64,000 nucleotides of DNA from an uncultured delta proteobacterium (GCA_963727625.1 CAVSHR010000002.1:256001-320000), one strand, 5' to 3'. Shown: positions 40,176 through 51,152, counted from the stretch's first letter. Program-made: numbers and translations. Notes: a model not told the origin generated them from the letters alone.

Positions 40176-40568
40176 ATGTCGATGAAGACCATATTGATCA
40201 TTGAAGATCATAGCGACATGCGCGAGCTGCTGATGTGGCAGATTGAGCTGATGGGGTTTATGCCGATCACAGCCAAGCGCGGTAAAGAGGGCGTCGAAAT
40301 GGCACTCAGCGAGAAGCCTGAGCTGATTATCATGGACATCATGATGCCGGGCATGGATGGCTGGGAAGCGGCCCGGGAGATTCGCGCCCATGCCGAGACC
40401 AAGGAAATTCCGATTTTAGCCGCGACGGCGCTGTTTCGCGACTCCGACCTCAAAACGTGCATCGAAGCTGGTTGCAACGATTATATCGTTAAGCCATTCA
40501 CGTTCCAGGAGCTGCAAGGGAAGGTGCGGGAATTGATCCCTTCGACGAGCACGACCTACCCGCTCTGA
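40176..40568 (+). CDS. Single-domain response regulator (DivK/CheY-like)
   Basis: ILIIED, MDIMMPGMDG and DYIVKPF. Confidence 0.93.
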   Translation: MSMKTILIIEDHSDMRELLMWQIELMGFMPITAKRGKEGVEMALSEKPELIIMDIMMPGMDGWEAAREIRAHAETKEIPILAATALFRDSDLKTCIEAGCNDYIVKPFTFQELQGKVRELIPSTSTTYPL

Positions 40569-40629
40569 TTTCTGCTCCACTGCCTTTCCCGTCGCCAATC
40601 GAATTCTTGCTTGAGAATGGGGCACGTCG

Positions 40630-41943
40630 ATGTCGGCGCGTGAAAGAGCTGTCTTTGTCGTTCAACGTCTTCGCCAGGAAGGCCATGAGGCTTATTTTGC
40701 CGGCGGTTGCGTGCGCGATATGCTGCTCGGCAAAACGCCGAAAGACTACGACATCGCTACCGGCGCCAAGCCCGACGACATCCAGCGTGTTTTCTCCGAC
40801 ACCGTGCCCGTGGGCGCCGAGTTCGGCGTCATTCTCGTGCTGGTCGACGGCCGGTCCTTTGAGGTCGCCAGTTTCCGCTATGACGGCCCTTACTTGGATG
40901 GGCGGCGGCCCAGTCAGGTGCGCTATGGCAGCTTGCAAGAAGATGTCTTGCGCCGCGACTTCACGATCAACGGTATGCTTTATGATCCCATCGAGGACCG
41001 GGTGATCGATCTGGTCGAAGGCCGCAAGGATCTCGGGCTGCGCCGAATGCGCGCCATCGGCGACCCAGCACAACGGTTTTCAGAGGACCGCCTGCGCATG
41101 CTCCGCGCCGTGCGTTTCGCCGCCAGCTTGAAATTCGAGATCGATGACGCGACCTTTACGGCTATCCAGCAGATGGCCGCAACCATCACGATGATCGCTT
41201 GGGAGCGAATCGGCGACGAAATTACACGCATATTGACCGAAGGAGGCGCGCGCCGCGGCTTTGAGCTGTTGGACAAAAGCGGTCTGCTAAGAATTTTGTT
41301 GCCTGAGATCGATGCCCTCAAAGGCACCTGGCAGAGCCCGGATTACCACCCCGAGGGCGATGTTTTCACGCATACCCTGTTGTTGTTGAACCACTTGGAG
41401 GCGCCGAGCGAGACCTTGGCCTACGGCTGTCTGCTGCACGACGTGGCAAAGCCGCTCTGCTTGCGGCGCGACGGCGAGCGCGTGACTTTTTATGGCCATA
41501 CGGAACAAGGCGCGGCGATGGCCGAAGCTATTCTCAAGCGACTCAAGCGCGGCCGTGCGGTCTGGGAGCGGGTCAGCTTTCTGGTGCGCAATCACTTGCG
41601 TCATGTGCAAGCGCCGGAAATGCGCTTAAGCACGCTCAAGCGCTTCTTGCGCGAAGAAGGCATCGATGAGCTACTCGAGCTGACACGCATCGATGCTCTG
41701 TCATCCAACGGCGACCTGAGCTATTACGGATTCTGTAAAGAACGGTTGGCTGGACTCGAGGAGGAAGAAATTCGGCCCGCGCCGCTCGTGCGCGGCGGCG
41801 ACTTGATCGCCATGGGATTGACGCCCGGGCCGCTGTTCGCAGACATTCTGCGCCGGGTCGAGGATCAGCAGCTCGGCGGCGAGCTTAACAGCCGAGAGGA
41901 AGCGCTGGAGTGGGTCAAACGAAATTATTCGCATCGAGGTTGA
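40630..41943 (+). CDS. cca: CCA-adding tRNA nucleotidyltransferase / poly(A) polymerase family with HD domain
   Basis: GGCVRD, DYDIAT, RRDFTIN, EDRLRMLRAVRF and HPEGDVFTH...LLHD. Confidence 0.88.
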   Translation: MSARERAVFVVQRLRQEGHEAYFAGGCVRDMLLGKTPKDYDIATGAKPDDIQRVFSDTVPVGAEFGVILVLVDGRSFEVASFRYDGPYLDGRRPSQVRYGSLQEDVLRRDFTINGMLYDPIEDRVIDLVEGRKDLGLRRMRAIGDPAQRFSEDRLRMLRAVRFAASLKFEIDDATFTAIQQMAATITMIAWERIGDEITRILTEGGARRGFELLDKSGLLRILLPEIDALKGTWQSPDYHPEGDVFTHTLLLLNHLEAPSETLAYGCLLHDVAKPLCLRRDGERVTFYGHTEQGAAMAEAILKRLKRGRAVWERVSFLVRNHLRHVQAPEMRLSTLKRFLREEGIDELLELTRIDALSSNGDLSYYGFCKERLAGLEEEEIRPAPLVRGGDLIAMGLTPGPLFADILRRVEDQQLGGELNSREEALEWVKRNYSHRG

Positions 41944-41946
41944 TGA

Positions 41947-44238
41947 ATGAAAAAAGCACAGGCCTATAAAGTCGTCGGGCACGCCGAACCGCGCTCCGAT
42001 GGCGCGGAAAAAGTTACCGGTAAAGCCATCTATACGGTCGACGTGAAGCTGCCCGGAATGGCCCACGGCAAGATCCTGCGCAGCCCCTACGCGCACGCCC
42101 GGTTGATCCGCGTGGACGCCGGCAAAGCGGAAAAACTGCCGGGTGTTTTCGCCGTGATCACCCGCGAAGATCAGCGCCACTTCGCCATGTTCGGCGCGGC
42201 CTACAAAGATCAAACCATCGTCGCAGTGGACAAAGTGCGCTACGCCGGAGATCCGGTGGCGGCAGTGGCGGCGGTCGACGAAGCGACTGCGGAGGAGGCG
42301 CTGGCGTTAATCGAAGTCGACTACGAAGAATTACCTTCGGTGACCGGTTTGGATGAAGCTTTGGCTCCGGGCGCGCCGCTGGTTCACGATGTTTCGGCGA
42401 GCGGCGGCGAGCTGATGGGCCAGCGTTACGAGGCGCCCAGGGAATTTTCCGGCACCAATCTTTGCTACCGCTTCAGCTACGTTAAGGGAGACGTGGACGA
42501 GGGCTTTAAAAAAGCTGCGCATATTTTCGAGCACATTTTCACCTTTCCACGGGTGCAGCACTTTTCCATGGAGCCGCACGCGACGGTGGCCCAGGTGGAA
42601 AGCGATCGCATGACGCTATGGGCCGGTACCCAGGAGCCGTTTACTCTGCGCGAACATCTCGCCTATATTTTCCATATGCCGCTCAACAAAATTCGCGTCA
42701 TCGTGGCTTATCTCGGAGGCGGCTACGGCGGCAAGTTGGCGGTGAAGACCGAGCCGCTGGCGGCGGCGTTGTCGTGGAAGGCCAAGCGGCCGGTGCGTCT
42801 GGTGCATACCATCGAAGAGAGCTTTCGCACGGTGACGCGCCACCCGGCGCGGGTGAAAATCAAGACCGGAGTTTCCAAGGAGGGCAAGCTGGTCGCGCGG
42901 CAATGTGTGATTCACATGGAAACCGGCGCCTACGCCGATGCCGGACCACGGGTGACGCAAAAGGCCGGCTACCGCTGCTTTGGTCCTTATCGCATGCCGC
43001 ACATGAAAACCGATGCCTTTACGGTTTACACCAACACCGTGCCCGCCGGTGCCTATCGCGGATTTGGCACGCTGCAAGTGACTTGGGCCTATGAGTCGCA
43101 GATGGATATCATCGCCGAAGAGCTCAGCCTTGATCCGTTGGAATTTCGCCTCAAAAATCTGCTCAAGAAAGGCGAGGTCTACACCCCCGGCGACACCCCG
43201 GTGGATTGCGATCTCAAGGCAGGGCTAAAGCGCGCCGCGAAAGCGATCGGCTGGGGCGACAAGAAAAAGCCCAATCGCGGCCGCGGCCTCGCGGTGTGCA
43301 TAAAGGACGGCGGTGGCACGTATAAAGTTTCTTCCGCCGCGGTGAAAATGAACGCCGACGGCAGCGTGGTTTTGCTTACCGGGACGGTGGAAGTTGGGCA
43401 GGGCGCGCGCACCGCGCTGAGCCAAGTGACCGCGGAAGAATTGGGCTTGCCGTTTGCCGCCGTGACCGTGGCGCAACTCGATACCGACGTGACCCCTTAC
43501 GACGTCAATACCAACGCCAGCAGCTCGACGGTAGTCATGGGTCTTTCGGTCCAGCGGGCGGCGCAGGATTTGAAGCGGCAGCTGCTCCGTCACGCTGGTA
43601 AAATCCTCAAAGCTAAACCGGCACAGCTCACGCTCCACGGCGGCAAGGTGCACGGCCCGCGGCGGCAAAGCCTGTCGTTCGAGCAGCTGATGCACAAAGT
43701 ATTTCTCTCCAAGGCCGGCGAAATGATCGGCCGCGGCGCCTATCAAGACATCAAAAGCTCAAAGGCTGCGCTTGGTTCGCCGACGACTTTTTGGGAGATC
43801 AGCTGGGGCGGGGCGGAAGTGGAAGTGAACCGCGACACCGGCGAAATTAAACTGATCAAATATGTCTCCCTCGCCGACGTCGGCAAGGCGATCCATCCGG
43901 TGCTTTGCGAAGGTCAAGACGAAGGCGGCGTGATGAATGCCATCGGTCACAGTCTGTTGGAGGAGATGATTTACCAAGACGGCCAGTTGTTGAACCCCAA
44001 TCTGGTCGACTATCGGGTGCCGACCTTCGAGCATATGCCCAGGGTGTTCGAGTCGATTTTAGTGGAAAGCCAGAACGGTCCCGGGCCGTTCGGCTCCAAG
44101 GGTACCGGCGAAGGGGGCTTGTTGCCCGTCGCCTCGGCGATCGGCAATGCGCTTTACCAGGCGACGGGCTTGCGGCTCTATGATCTGCCGCTCACCCCTG
44201 AGAGAGTTTGGCGTGGGTTGCAATCGCTCGAACTGTGA
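41947..44238 (+). CDS. Xanthine dehydrogenase-family molybdopterin-binding large subunit (CoxL-like)
   Basis: KVTGKAIY, MEPH, GGGYGGK, AYRGFG, GQGART and GSKGTGEGG. Confidence 0.94.
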   Translation: MKKAQAYKVVGHAEPRSDGAEKVTGKAIYTVDVKLPGMAHGKILRSPYAHARLIRVDAGKAEKLPGVFAVITREDQRHFAMFGAAYKDQTIVAVDKVRYAGDPVAAVAAVDEATAEEALALIEVDYEELPSVTGLDEALAPGAPLVHDVSASGGELMGQRYEAPREFSGTNLCYRFSYVKGDVDEGFKKAAHIFEHIFTFPRVQHFSMEPHATVAQVESDRMTLWAGTQEPFTLREHLAYIFHMPLNKIRVIVAYLGGGYGGKLAVKTEPLAAALSWKAKRPVRLVHTIEESFRTVTRHPARVKIKTGVSKEGKLVARQCVIHMETGAYADAGPRVTQKAGYRCFGPYRMPHMKTDAFTVYTNTVPAGAYRGFGTLQVTWAYESQMDIIAEELSLDPLEFRLKNLLKKGEVYTPGDTPVDCDLKAGLKRAAKAIGWGDKKKPNRGRGLAVCIKDGGGTYKVSSAAVKMNADGSVVLLTGTVEVGQGARTALSQVTAEELGLPFAAVTVAQLDTDVTPYDVNTNASSSTVVMGLSVQRAAQDLKRQLLRHAGKILKAKPAQLTLHGGKVHGPRRQSLSFEQLMHKVFLSKAGEMIGRGAYQDIKSSKAALGSPTTFWEISWGGAEVEVNRDTGEIKLIKYVSLADVGKAIHPVLCEGQDEGGVMNAIGHSLLEEMIYQDGQLLNPNLVDYRVPTFEHMPRVFESILVESQNGPGPFGSKGTGEGGLLPVASAIGNALYQATGLRLYDLPLTPERVWRGLQSLEL

Positions 44239-44332
44239 TCATTCGTCATTCGTGAAGATGGCCGGGTTGAAGCGATGCGTCAATCAATGCGGCCGGCAAC
44301 GAGGCGTCGCCCCACCGCGCGACTCGTTTTTT

Positions 44333-46363
44333 TTACTGCCCGCCTTGTATCAGCGTGATCAGGTAGCCTTCGGGAAATGGCACATTGAGCATCTTCTCAA
44401 ATAGGCCCCAGTAAAATAACCAGGAAAAAAATGTTACGGACGCGGTAATAAACCAGCTTTCCTTGGCGAACCTCAAGTAGAACAGGATTGTCAGAGGCAC
44501 CGCGTAAGAGAAGCCGAGCAGCCAAATCGCCAGGAAGAAAGCAACAATCCACAAGATGATCGCGACGGTTCGCTTGCGAACCAGTTCAGGGGCAATTTCG
44601 ACTTCAGTTTCCACCGACTGCGCCATCCCACCTACGGTTTTTTTCTTTTTGCCACGAAGATCTCTGAAGAACTGGCCGAAGGCTAAAATCAACGTCGGCG
44701 TGCCGATGACCCAGGGGAAGAGACCGGCACGGTAGCCGAAATCGCGGCTGTTCCAGAGCGCGATAGCGAGTACCACGATCACCGCTAAGGTGAACAGTGT
44801 CGGCGCGCCGAATTCGAGCGGCTTATGGTCTGGCTCATCCGCCGTCGACTCTGGTTCATTCTCTGCTTTGGCCGTCTCCCGCGCTTCCCGGTAGCTCTTG
44901 ATCATCGGGTAAAAAACTCCAAACAGCGTCAAAGCAAAAATTCCCAGCACTCCGGGCCTGGCGGTCCAGCTCAAGCCGTAATTGTCGGTGGATAAGAACA
45001 GCCGGTTCTCCGCCAGGGGGCCGAGCACAAGCCCCAGCAGCACCGGCGGCCGCGGCCACTCCAACTTCTCCATGACCCAGCCGAGCGCGCCGAAAAACAT
45101 TACGATGACCATGTCCTCGAAGGCGTTCTTTTCGGCGAAGGCACCGAGGTAAATCAAGATCAAAATGATGGGAATGATGATGCTGCCACGAACCTGGGTG
45201 ACTTTAGCCAGCGGTTTGAGAAACAAAAAACAGATCGCCACGGTGATCATATTGGAAATAATGATGACCCAGACAAAGGAATAGGTCAGGTCGAGCTTGC
45301 CTCTCGGCGGCGGGAGCAACATGTCCGGGCCGGGAACGATTCCCTGAATGATAAAGGCACCGAGCAGGATCGCCATGGTGACACTGGCGGGGACGCCGAA
45401 GGCGATCGTGGTGATCAAGCTGCCGCCCAGGGTGGAATTGTTCGCCGCTCCGGGACCCAAGACCCCGCGCACATCTCCCTTGCCGAACCTTTCTTTATCC
45501 GGCGAGCTCTGTACGGCGTGGGCGTAGGCGAGCCACTGCGTGGTCGCGGCGCCCATGCCGGGAATAATTGCGGTTAAGGTGCCTAGGGCGCTGCAACGAA
45601 TGACCAACCACCAATGGCGAAAGGTGTCCTTAACGCCCTCCATGACGCCGCCAAGTTCTCCGACCTCCTGCTTGGCGATGCTGGTACCTAGCACGGCAAG
45701 CTCGATGGTTTCAGGAATGGCATAAAAGCCGATGGTGATCGGCACCAGGCCGATGCCGTCCCAGAGGAAAAGCTGACCGAAGGTGTAGCGTTGAATTCCC
45801 GAAATCGGATCCAGACCGATAGTGGCGAGCATGAGACCGATGCCGCCCGAGACCATGCCCTTAAGCACGTCCTCACCGCTGAGCGCGGCAACGAAAGAAA
45901 TGCCAAGAATCGCCAACATGAAAAATTCCGGCGAGCCGAAAGAAAGCACCAGCGGGCGGATGATCGGCACGGCGGCCCCGAGAGCGACGCCGGCAAACAC
46001 GGCGCCGACCAGCGAGCTCATGAGCACGGCGCCCAAGGCCCGCCCCGCCTCACCATTGCGCGCCATGGCGTGGCCGTCGATGATCGTCGATGCAGTGGTC
46101 GGTTCGCCGGGAACACCGAAGAGTACCGACGTAATGTCGCCGGTGGTCGCGGTAACTGCGGTCATGCCGAGCAGGAAGGCAAATGCCTCGACGGCGGTCA
46201 TCTTAAATATAAACGGCAGCATGAGGGCCATTGCCGTGGGTCCGCCTAAGCCCGGGAGGATCCCAACCACGAAGCCGATCGCGATGCCAACGATCATCAA
46301 ATTGAAAGTCGACAAATTGAAGCACTGAAGAAAACCGGAAACGAGTGCGTGTAACATGTCCAT
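44333..46363 (-). CDS. Tripartite tricarboxylate transporter TctA with fused C-terminal TctB-like domain
   Basis: VGILPGLG, GVPGEP, DGHAMA and AANNS, followed by an extra ~150-aa 4-TM TctB-like tail (FPWVIG...LFEKMLNVPFPEG). Confidence 0.88.
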   Translation of the reverse strand: MDMLHALVSGFLQCFNLSTFNLMIVGIAIGFVVGILPGLGGPTAMALMLPFIFKMTAVEAFAFLLGMTAVTATTGDITSVLFGVPGEPTTASTIIDGHAMARNGEAGRALGAVLMSSLVGAVFAGVALGAAVPIIRPLVLSFGSPEFFMLAILGISFVAALSGEDVLKGMVSGGIGLMLATIGLDPISGIQRYTFGQLFLWDGIGLVPITIGFYAIPETIELAVLGTSIAKQEVGELGGVMEGVKDTFRHWWLVIRCSALGTLTAIIPGMGAATTQWLAYAHAVQSSPDKERFGKGDVRGVLGPGAANNSTLGGSLITTIAFGVPASVTMAILLGAFIIQGIVPGPDMLLPPPRGKLDLTYSFVWVIIISNMITVAICFLFLKPLAKVTQVRGSIIIPIILILIYLGAFAEKNAFEDMVIVMFFGALGWVMEKLEWPRPPVLLGLVLGPLAENRLFLSTDNYGLSWTARPGVLGIFALTLFGVFYPMIKSYREARETAKAENEPESTADEPDHKPLEFGAPTLFTLAVIVVLAIALWNSRDFGYRAGLFPWVIGTPTLILAFGQFFRDLRGKKKKTVGGMAQSVETEVEIAPELVRKRTVAIILWIVAFFLAIWLLGFSYAVPLTILFYLRFAKESWFITASVTFFSWLFYWGLFEKMLNVPFPEGYLITLIQGGQ

Positions 46364-46423
46364 GGATATATCAATCCTCCACGCCAAGCGCGCGGTGTCC
46401 GTCGCTAAATATCAGCGGAGCAT

Positions 46424-46700
46424 CTAGTTGTAAAGAACCTCTTTCAGCTTGGCTACCGAAGTAGGATCGAGGTTGAACAGACCGGAAAGGGCCTTCTCTA
46501 TTTCGTCGGCCGGGTGACGAGCCGGACGGGCAGTCCGACTGCAGTTTTTAGAATTCGGGTGGCTTTGTCCGGCGTCTAAGTGCCGCGCGCGATGCCGCCC
46601 ATCTTCCCCGGGGTCTTCGACGCCGGCCATTTCTCCACGCTGGTGATGCCGCTCGCCTTGGTCATCGCTCAAACGACATGGTCGCTGATCGGCGCGCCGG
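46424..46700 (-). pseudogene. TctC (Bug) substrate-binding protein remnant with internal deletion
   Basis: GAPISDHVV*AMTKASGITSVEKW...GGIARGT*TPDKATRILKTAVGLPVRLVT joined out of frame to C-terminal PADEIEKALSGLFNLDPTSVAKLKEVLYN. Confidence 0.72.
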
Positions 46701-46936
46701 CTTGTGCGCTTGCTCATTACGATGGCAGAGAAAAGCGCGAGGCTGCCTGAAGCTAGCCGATCGAAAATTGCAAATCATTTCTTCTATGATCTAAACCTCG
46801 TTTTTCTGCGTGCAATGCCCTAAACGTGAATAGTAAGATGGCATTGTGTTCGGCACAGGAGGTCACTAAAATAAACCCGGTCCCGAGCGTTGAGCTGCGT
46901 CGCGATGGAATTGCTGCGAAATCCAGGAGAACGGCT

Positions 46937-48424
46937 ATGGCGGATCAATTCAAAAACTATGTCGATGGTAAATGGCTGGCGGCGAAATCGGAGAAGGTTT
47001 TTGAAAACCGCAATCCCGCCGACCGCAACGACCTGATTGGTTTATTTCCCGCTTCTGCAGTCGAAGACGTGGACGCGGCGGTGCAGGCGGCGAAAAAAGC
47101 GTTCACCGCATGGCGTTCGGTGCCGGCACCGAAAAGGGGTGAACTGCTCTATCGCGTCGGCGAGCTGTTGCGCCAGCACAAAGAAGAGATCGCCCGCGGC
47201 ATGACGCGCGAGATGGGAAAAGTCATCAAAGAGACGCGCGGCGACGTGCAAGAGGGGATTGACACGGCTTTTTACGTTGCCGGGGAGGGGCGGCGGCTTT
47301 TCGGCCAGACCACTCCGGCCGAGTTGCCCGACAAGTTCGCTATGTCCGTGCGCACGCCGTTAGGTGTTTGCGCGTTGATCACGCCATGGAATTTCCCTAT
47401 GGCGATCCCGACCTGGAAAATGTTTCCGGCGCTGCTTTGTGGCAACACCGTCGTGCTCAAGCCGGCGGAGGATACGCCCCACACGGCGCAGCGACTGATC
47501 GAAATTCTAACCGAAGCGGGTATTCCTCCCGGCGTGGCAAACTTGGTGCACGGCCGCGGCGAAGAGGTTGGCGCGGCGTTGGTGCGCCACCCGGATGTTC
47601 AGCTTGTGTCATTCACGGGCTCGGCTGCGGTGGGACGCGAGATCGCGTCGGTATGCGGCCAGCATTTAAAGCGCGTTTCTTTGGAGCTCGGCGGCAAGAA
47701 CGGGCAGATCGTGATGGAAGACGCCGACTTGGAGCTTGCCATCGAAGGCGCGCTGTGGGGCGCTTTCGGCACCACCGGTCAACGTTGTACCGCGACGAGC
47801 CGGCTGATCGTGCACCGCGACGTTGCGAATACCCTGACCGATGCGCTGGTGGCGCGTGCGCAAAAAATAAAGATCGGCGACGGTCTCGATGAAAGCGTCG
47901 ACATGGGACCGTTGATCAATCAAACAGCCCGAGAGAAAGTTCTGCGATACATCGACATTGGTAAACAAGAAGGCGCGCGTGTACGGACCGGCGGCTCGAT
48001 CTACGAATCCAGCTCCTTCGCCAACGGTTATTTTTTCCAGCCGACAATCTTTGATCAAGTGAAGCCGGCCATGCGTATCGCCCGGGAAGAGATCTTCGGT
48101 CCGGTGCTGTCGATTATCGAGATCAACAGCTTCGAGGAGGCCATCGCGGTGCTGAACGGTACGGCTTACGGTTTGTCGAGCTCGATTTATACTCGTGATG
48201 TGGCCCGCGCGTTTCGCGCTATGCGCGACATCGAAGCGGGCATCACCTATGTGAACGGGCCGACTATCGGCGCGGAAGTTCATCTGCCCTTCGGCGGCGT
48301 TAAGGACACCGGCAACGGCCACCGCGAAGCCGGCACCACGGTTTACGACATATTTAGCGAGTGGAAGTCGATTTACGTCGATTACTCGGGCAAGTTGCAA
48401 AAGGCGCAGATCGACAACAACTAA
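46937..48424 (+). CDS. Aldehyde dehydrogenase (semialdehyde dehydrogenase-like)
   Basis: [30 protein letters not shown] and PFGG. Confidence 0.95.
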   Translation: MADQFKNYVDGKWLAAKSEKVFENRNPADRNDLIGLFPASAVEDVDAAVQAAKKAFTAWRSVPAPKRGELLYRVGELLRQHKEEIARGMTREMGKVIKETRGDVQEGIDTAFYVAGEGRRLFGQTTPAELPDKFAMSVRTPLGVCALITPWNFPMAIPTWKMFPALLCGNTVVLKPAEDTPHTAQRLIEILTEAGIPPGVANLVHGRGEEVGAALVRHPDVQLVSFTGSAAVGREIASVCGQHLKRVSLELGGKNGQIVMEDADLELAIEGALWGAFGTTGQRCTATSRLIVHRDVANTLTDALVARAQKIKIGDGLDESVDMGPLINQTAREKVLRYIDIGKQEGARVRTGGSIYESSSFANGYFFQPTIFDQVKPAMRIAREEIFGPVLSIIEINSFEEAIAVLNGTAYGLSSSIYTRDVARAFRAMRDIEAGITYVNGPTIGAEVHLPFGGVKDTGNGHREAGTTVYDIFSEWKSIYVDYSGKLQKAQIDNN

Positions 48425-48517
48425 GAGCTTAGAGTCCAGAGTCTCGGCTCTAAGGTTATTGAAATTCGTCTTTCAACCCTAAACACGTGACTCAAGACGC
48501 TAGACGGAGAATTTTAA

Positions 48518-49840
48518 ATGAAAGCACCCCAAATCAAGACCTCCCTGCCCGGTCCCGAAGCAAAAGCGATCATCGAACGGGACCACCGAGTCACCGCGCC
48601 GGCCTATGGGCGGGTCTATCCGCTGGTGGTCAAGCAGGCCCAAGGTATGGTCGTCGAAGACGTCGACGGCAACCTGTTTCTCGACTTTATGGCCGGCATC
48701 GCCGTGGCCAACACGGGTCATTCGCATCCTCGCGTGGTACAGGCGATCGAAGAACAGGCAAAAAAGTTTCTGCATATTTGCGGCAGCGATTATTATTACG
48801 AACCCTTAGTCGAGCTGGCGGAGAAGCTCAACCGGCTGGCGCCGGGCGCGGCCCCGAAAAAAGTGTTTTTCACCAACTCCGGGGCGGAAACCGTGGAAGC
48901 AGCGTTCAAGCTTGCGCGCCATCACAGCAAGCGTCAGCATATCATCGCCTTCCACGGCTCTTTTCACGGCCGGACGCTCGGCGCGCTGTCGCTGACCGCC
49001 AGCCGTTCCTCGCACCGTGCCCACTTCGGCCCGCTGATTCCCGGCGTGCATCATATCCCCTATGGCTTCTGCCACCGCTGTCCCTACCAGTTAAAATATG
49101 GCTCTTGCGGTATCGAATGTGTGCGGGTGCTGGAAAAGATTGTTTTTCGTTACGAGGTCCAGCCGGAGGAAGTGGCGGCGATTTTCGTCGAGCCGGTCCA
49201 GGGCGAAGGCGGCTACGTGGTGCCGCCGCCGGAGTATCTACCCATGCTCCAGGAGCTTTGCCGTAAGCATGGAATTCTCTTGGTGGTGGACGAGATTCAA
49301 TCCGGCTTCGGCCGCACCGGCAAAATGTTTGCGAGCGAGCATTGGGGTATCGAGCCCGACATTCTTTGTGCCGCCAAGGGCATCGCCAGCGGCATGCCGG
49401 TCGGCGCGATGATTGCGCGCGCGGATATCAGTACCTGGGGGCGCGGCGCCCATGGCAGCACTTTCGGGGGCAATCCGGTTGCTTGCGCCGCGGCGCTGGC
49501 GACGATCGAATTACTCGAAGCGGGTCTGGTCGAAAACTCCGCCAAAGTCGGCGCCATCCTCAAGGACCATCTGAGCGCGCTCAAGGCGCGTCACTCGGTG
49601 ATCAGTGACGTGCGCGGTTTGGGTCTGATGATCGGCGTCGAATTCGAAAAAAGCGACGGCAGTGGCGCCCCCGATGGCGAGCTGCGCGATCGCGTCATGC
49701 AAAAATGTTTTGAGAAAGGCTTGTTGCTCCTGAGCTGCGGCGAGAGCACGCTGCGGTTTTGCCCTCCGCTGATCGTCAAGCAGGAGGAGGCGAACACCGC
49801 CGTGACGATTTTCGATGCAGCGATTAGCGCGGCCGCATAG
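48518..49840 (+). CDS. Class III PLP aminotransferase (4-aminobutyrate/ornithine type)
   Basis: NSGAE, SFHGRT, EPVQGEGG, DEIQSGFGRTG, AKGIASG and HGSTFGGNP. Confidence 0.94.
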   Translation: MKAPQIKTSLPGPEAKAIIERDHRVTAPAYGRVYPLVVKQAQGMVVEDVDGNLFLDFMAGIAVANTGHSHPRVVQAIEEQAKKFLHICGSDYYYEPLVELAEKLNRLAPGAAPKKVFFTNSGAETVEAAFKLARHHSKRQHIIAFHGSFHGRTLGALSLTASRSSHRAHFGPLIPGVHHIPYGFCHRCPYQLKYGSCGIECVRVLEKIVFRYEVQPEEVAAIFVEPVQGEGGYVVPPPEYLPMLQELCRKHGILLVVDEIQSGFGRTGKMFASEHWGIEPDILCAAKGIASGMPVGAMIARADISTWGRGAHGSTFGGNPVACAAALATIELLEAGLVENSAKVGAILKDHLSALKARHSVISDVRGLGLMIGVEFEKSDGSGAPDGELRDRVMQKCFEKGLLLLSCGESTLRFCPPLIVKQEEANTAVTIFDAAISAAA

Positions 49841-49881
49841 TGGTCGCCGAGCTGCACACGCCGTTTCAGCCGGCCGTCCGG

Positions 49882-50367
49882 CTACTGGAGTTTGGTTTGT
49901 AATTCTTCGACGAGCTGAGCAAGCTCGCCGTCGTCGGGATTGAATTTCAGCGCACCGCCGAATTCATCCAGCGCTTTCTGGATCATGCCTTTGGTCAAAT
50001 AAATCCGGCCGAGATTTATATAAGGAAAGTGACGCGGCTCGTAACGTTTTGCTGTCTTGGCGCGTTCGAGCCAGGGAATTGCATCGTCCGGCCGCTGTTG
50101 CTGCATGAGATACACGCCGATATCGTTGTATGGGTTGCCGAACTCGGGATCGAGCTCGATGGCAATCTCGCACTGGGCGATGGCCTCGTTAAGGCGGCCA
50201 AGAAAACTATAGGCCCAGCCCAAGTAGGTGTGCGCATCGGCAGTGGGATGGAGCGCGATGGACTCTTTATACAAGCGAATCGCCTCGTCGAACTGCTTTG
50301 CAATCTGATGGTTCATCGCCTCTTCGATCAGCTCGAGGGCGCGTTTTTGCTCTTTAGTGGTTGCCAT
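49882..50367 (-). CDS. Tetratricopeptide repeat protein
   Basis: TPR repeats (AHTYLGWAYS, PYNDIGVYL, PYINLGRIY). Confidence 0.9.
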   Translation of the reverse strand: MATTKEQKRALELIEEAMNHQIAKQFDEAIRLYKESIALHPTADAHTYLGWAYSFLGRLNEAIAQCEIAIELDPEFGNPYNDIGVYLMQQQRPDDAIPWLERAKTAKRYEPRHFPYINLGRIYLTKGMIQKALDEFGGALKFNPDDGELAQLVEELQTKLQ

Positions 50368-50414
50368 CGACATCCCCTACTCAATATTGTCTGTCCGTCA
50401 CTTCGTCATCGTTT

Positions 50415-51152
50415 TTAAACGCCCCAGGCGCCGCTCAGTTGAATGTTGGCGCCATTGACGTAGCGGGCCTCGTCCGACAACAAGTATCGCACCGCGGCAG
50501 CGGCGTCGTCTACCGTGCCGACGTAGCCCGCCGGGATGAACTTGACCATTCGCTGGAGCTCTTCCCTGGGGGCGCTACCGGAATCGATGAAGCCGGGTGA
50601 TACGCAATTCATCGTGATGCCATCGGCGGCGATCAGCTTGGCGAAGGAACGGGAGAGCGCCAGCAACCCGACTTTGGTGATGTAATGGGCCGTGAGCTGG
50701 GGTTGGGCGATCAGTTGCTCGGCATTGGCCATGCTGAAACAGACGATGCGTCCCCAGCGGCGCTCTTTCATGATCGGTATGACCGCTTGGCTCAAATAAA
50801 AAACCGGATGGAGGTTGTTGTCGAACATGGAATGCCAGCCGTCGTGGGTTTCCTCCAACAGGTTCACGCGGTGGTAGGGGCCTGCGCCGTTGATCAGGGC
50901 GTCGATCCGGCCCCATTCCCGGTGCACTCGCCGCACTAGTTCACTCGCCGCCTCGGGATCGGAAACGTCAGCCTGAACGGCCAAAGCTTGCGCGCCGGTT
51001 TGCTGGGCAGCATGGATGACCTCGGCCGCGTCTTTGGCGCTGGTACGGTAGCATATCGCGATCGCCCAGCCGCGCGTGGCGAGATCCAAGGTGACCGCGC
51101 GGCCAATGCCGCGAGCGCCGCCGGTAATCAAGGCTACTTTTTGATCGATCAT
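50415..51152 (-). CDS. SDR family oxidoreductase
   Basis: TGGARGIG, YITK, SPGFI and YVNG. Confidence 0.92.
   Translation of the reverse strand: MIDQKVALITGGARGIGRAVTLDLATRGWAIAICYRTSAKDAAEVIHAAQQTGAQALAVQADVSDPEAASELVRRVHREWGRIDALINGAGPYHRVNLLEETHDGWHSMFDNNLHPVFYLSQAVIPIMKERRWGRIVCFSMANAEQLIAQPQLTAHYITKVGLLALSRSFAKLIAADGITMNCVSPGFIDSGSAPREELQRMVKFIPAGYVGTVDDAAAAVRYLLSDEARYVNGANIQLSGAWGV

Noticed and set aside
46669-46671. TGA at a probable Cys position in the TctC fragment (HVV*AMTK) as another Sec codon
   Set aside because: The same fragment has a TAG stop, no N-terminus and an out-of-frame deletion, so ordinary pseudogenisation explains it.
48425-48517. Short AGAGTC/GACTC-type heptamer repeats in the ALDH-aminotransferase gap
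   Set aside because: Too degenerate and short to call; no CRISPR-like repeat-spacer periodicity here or elsewhere in the window.
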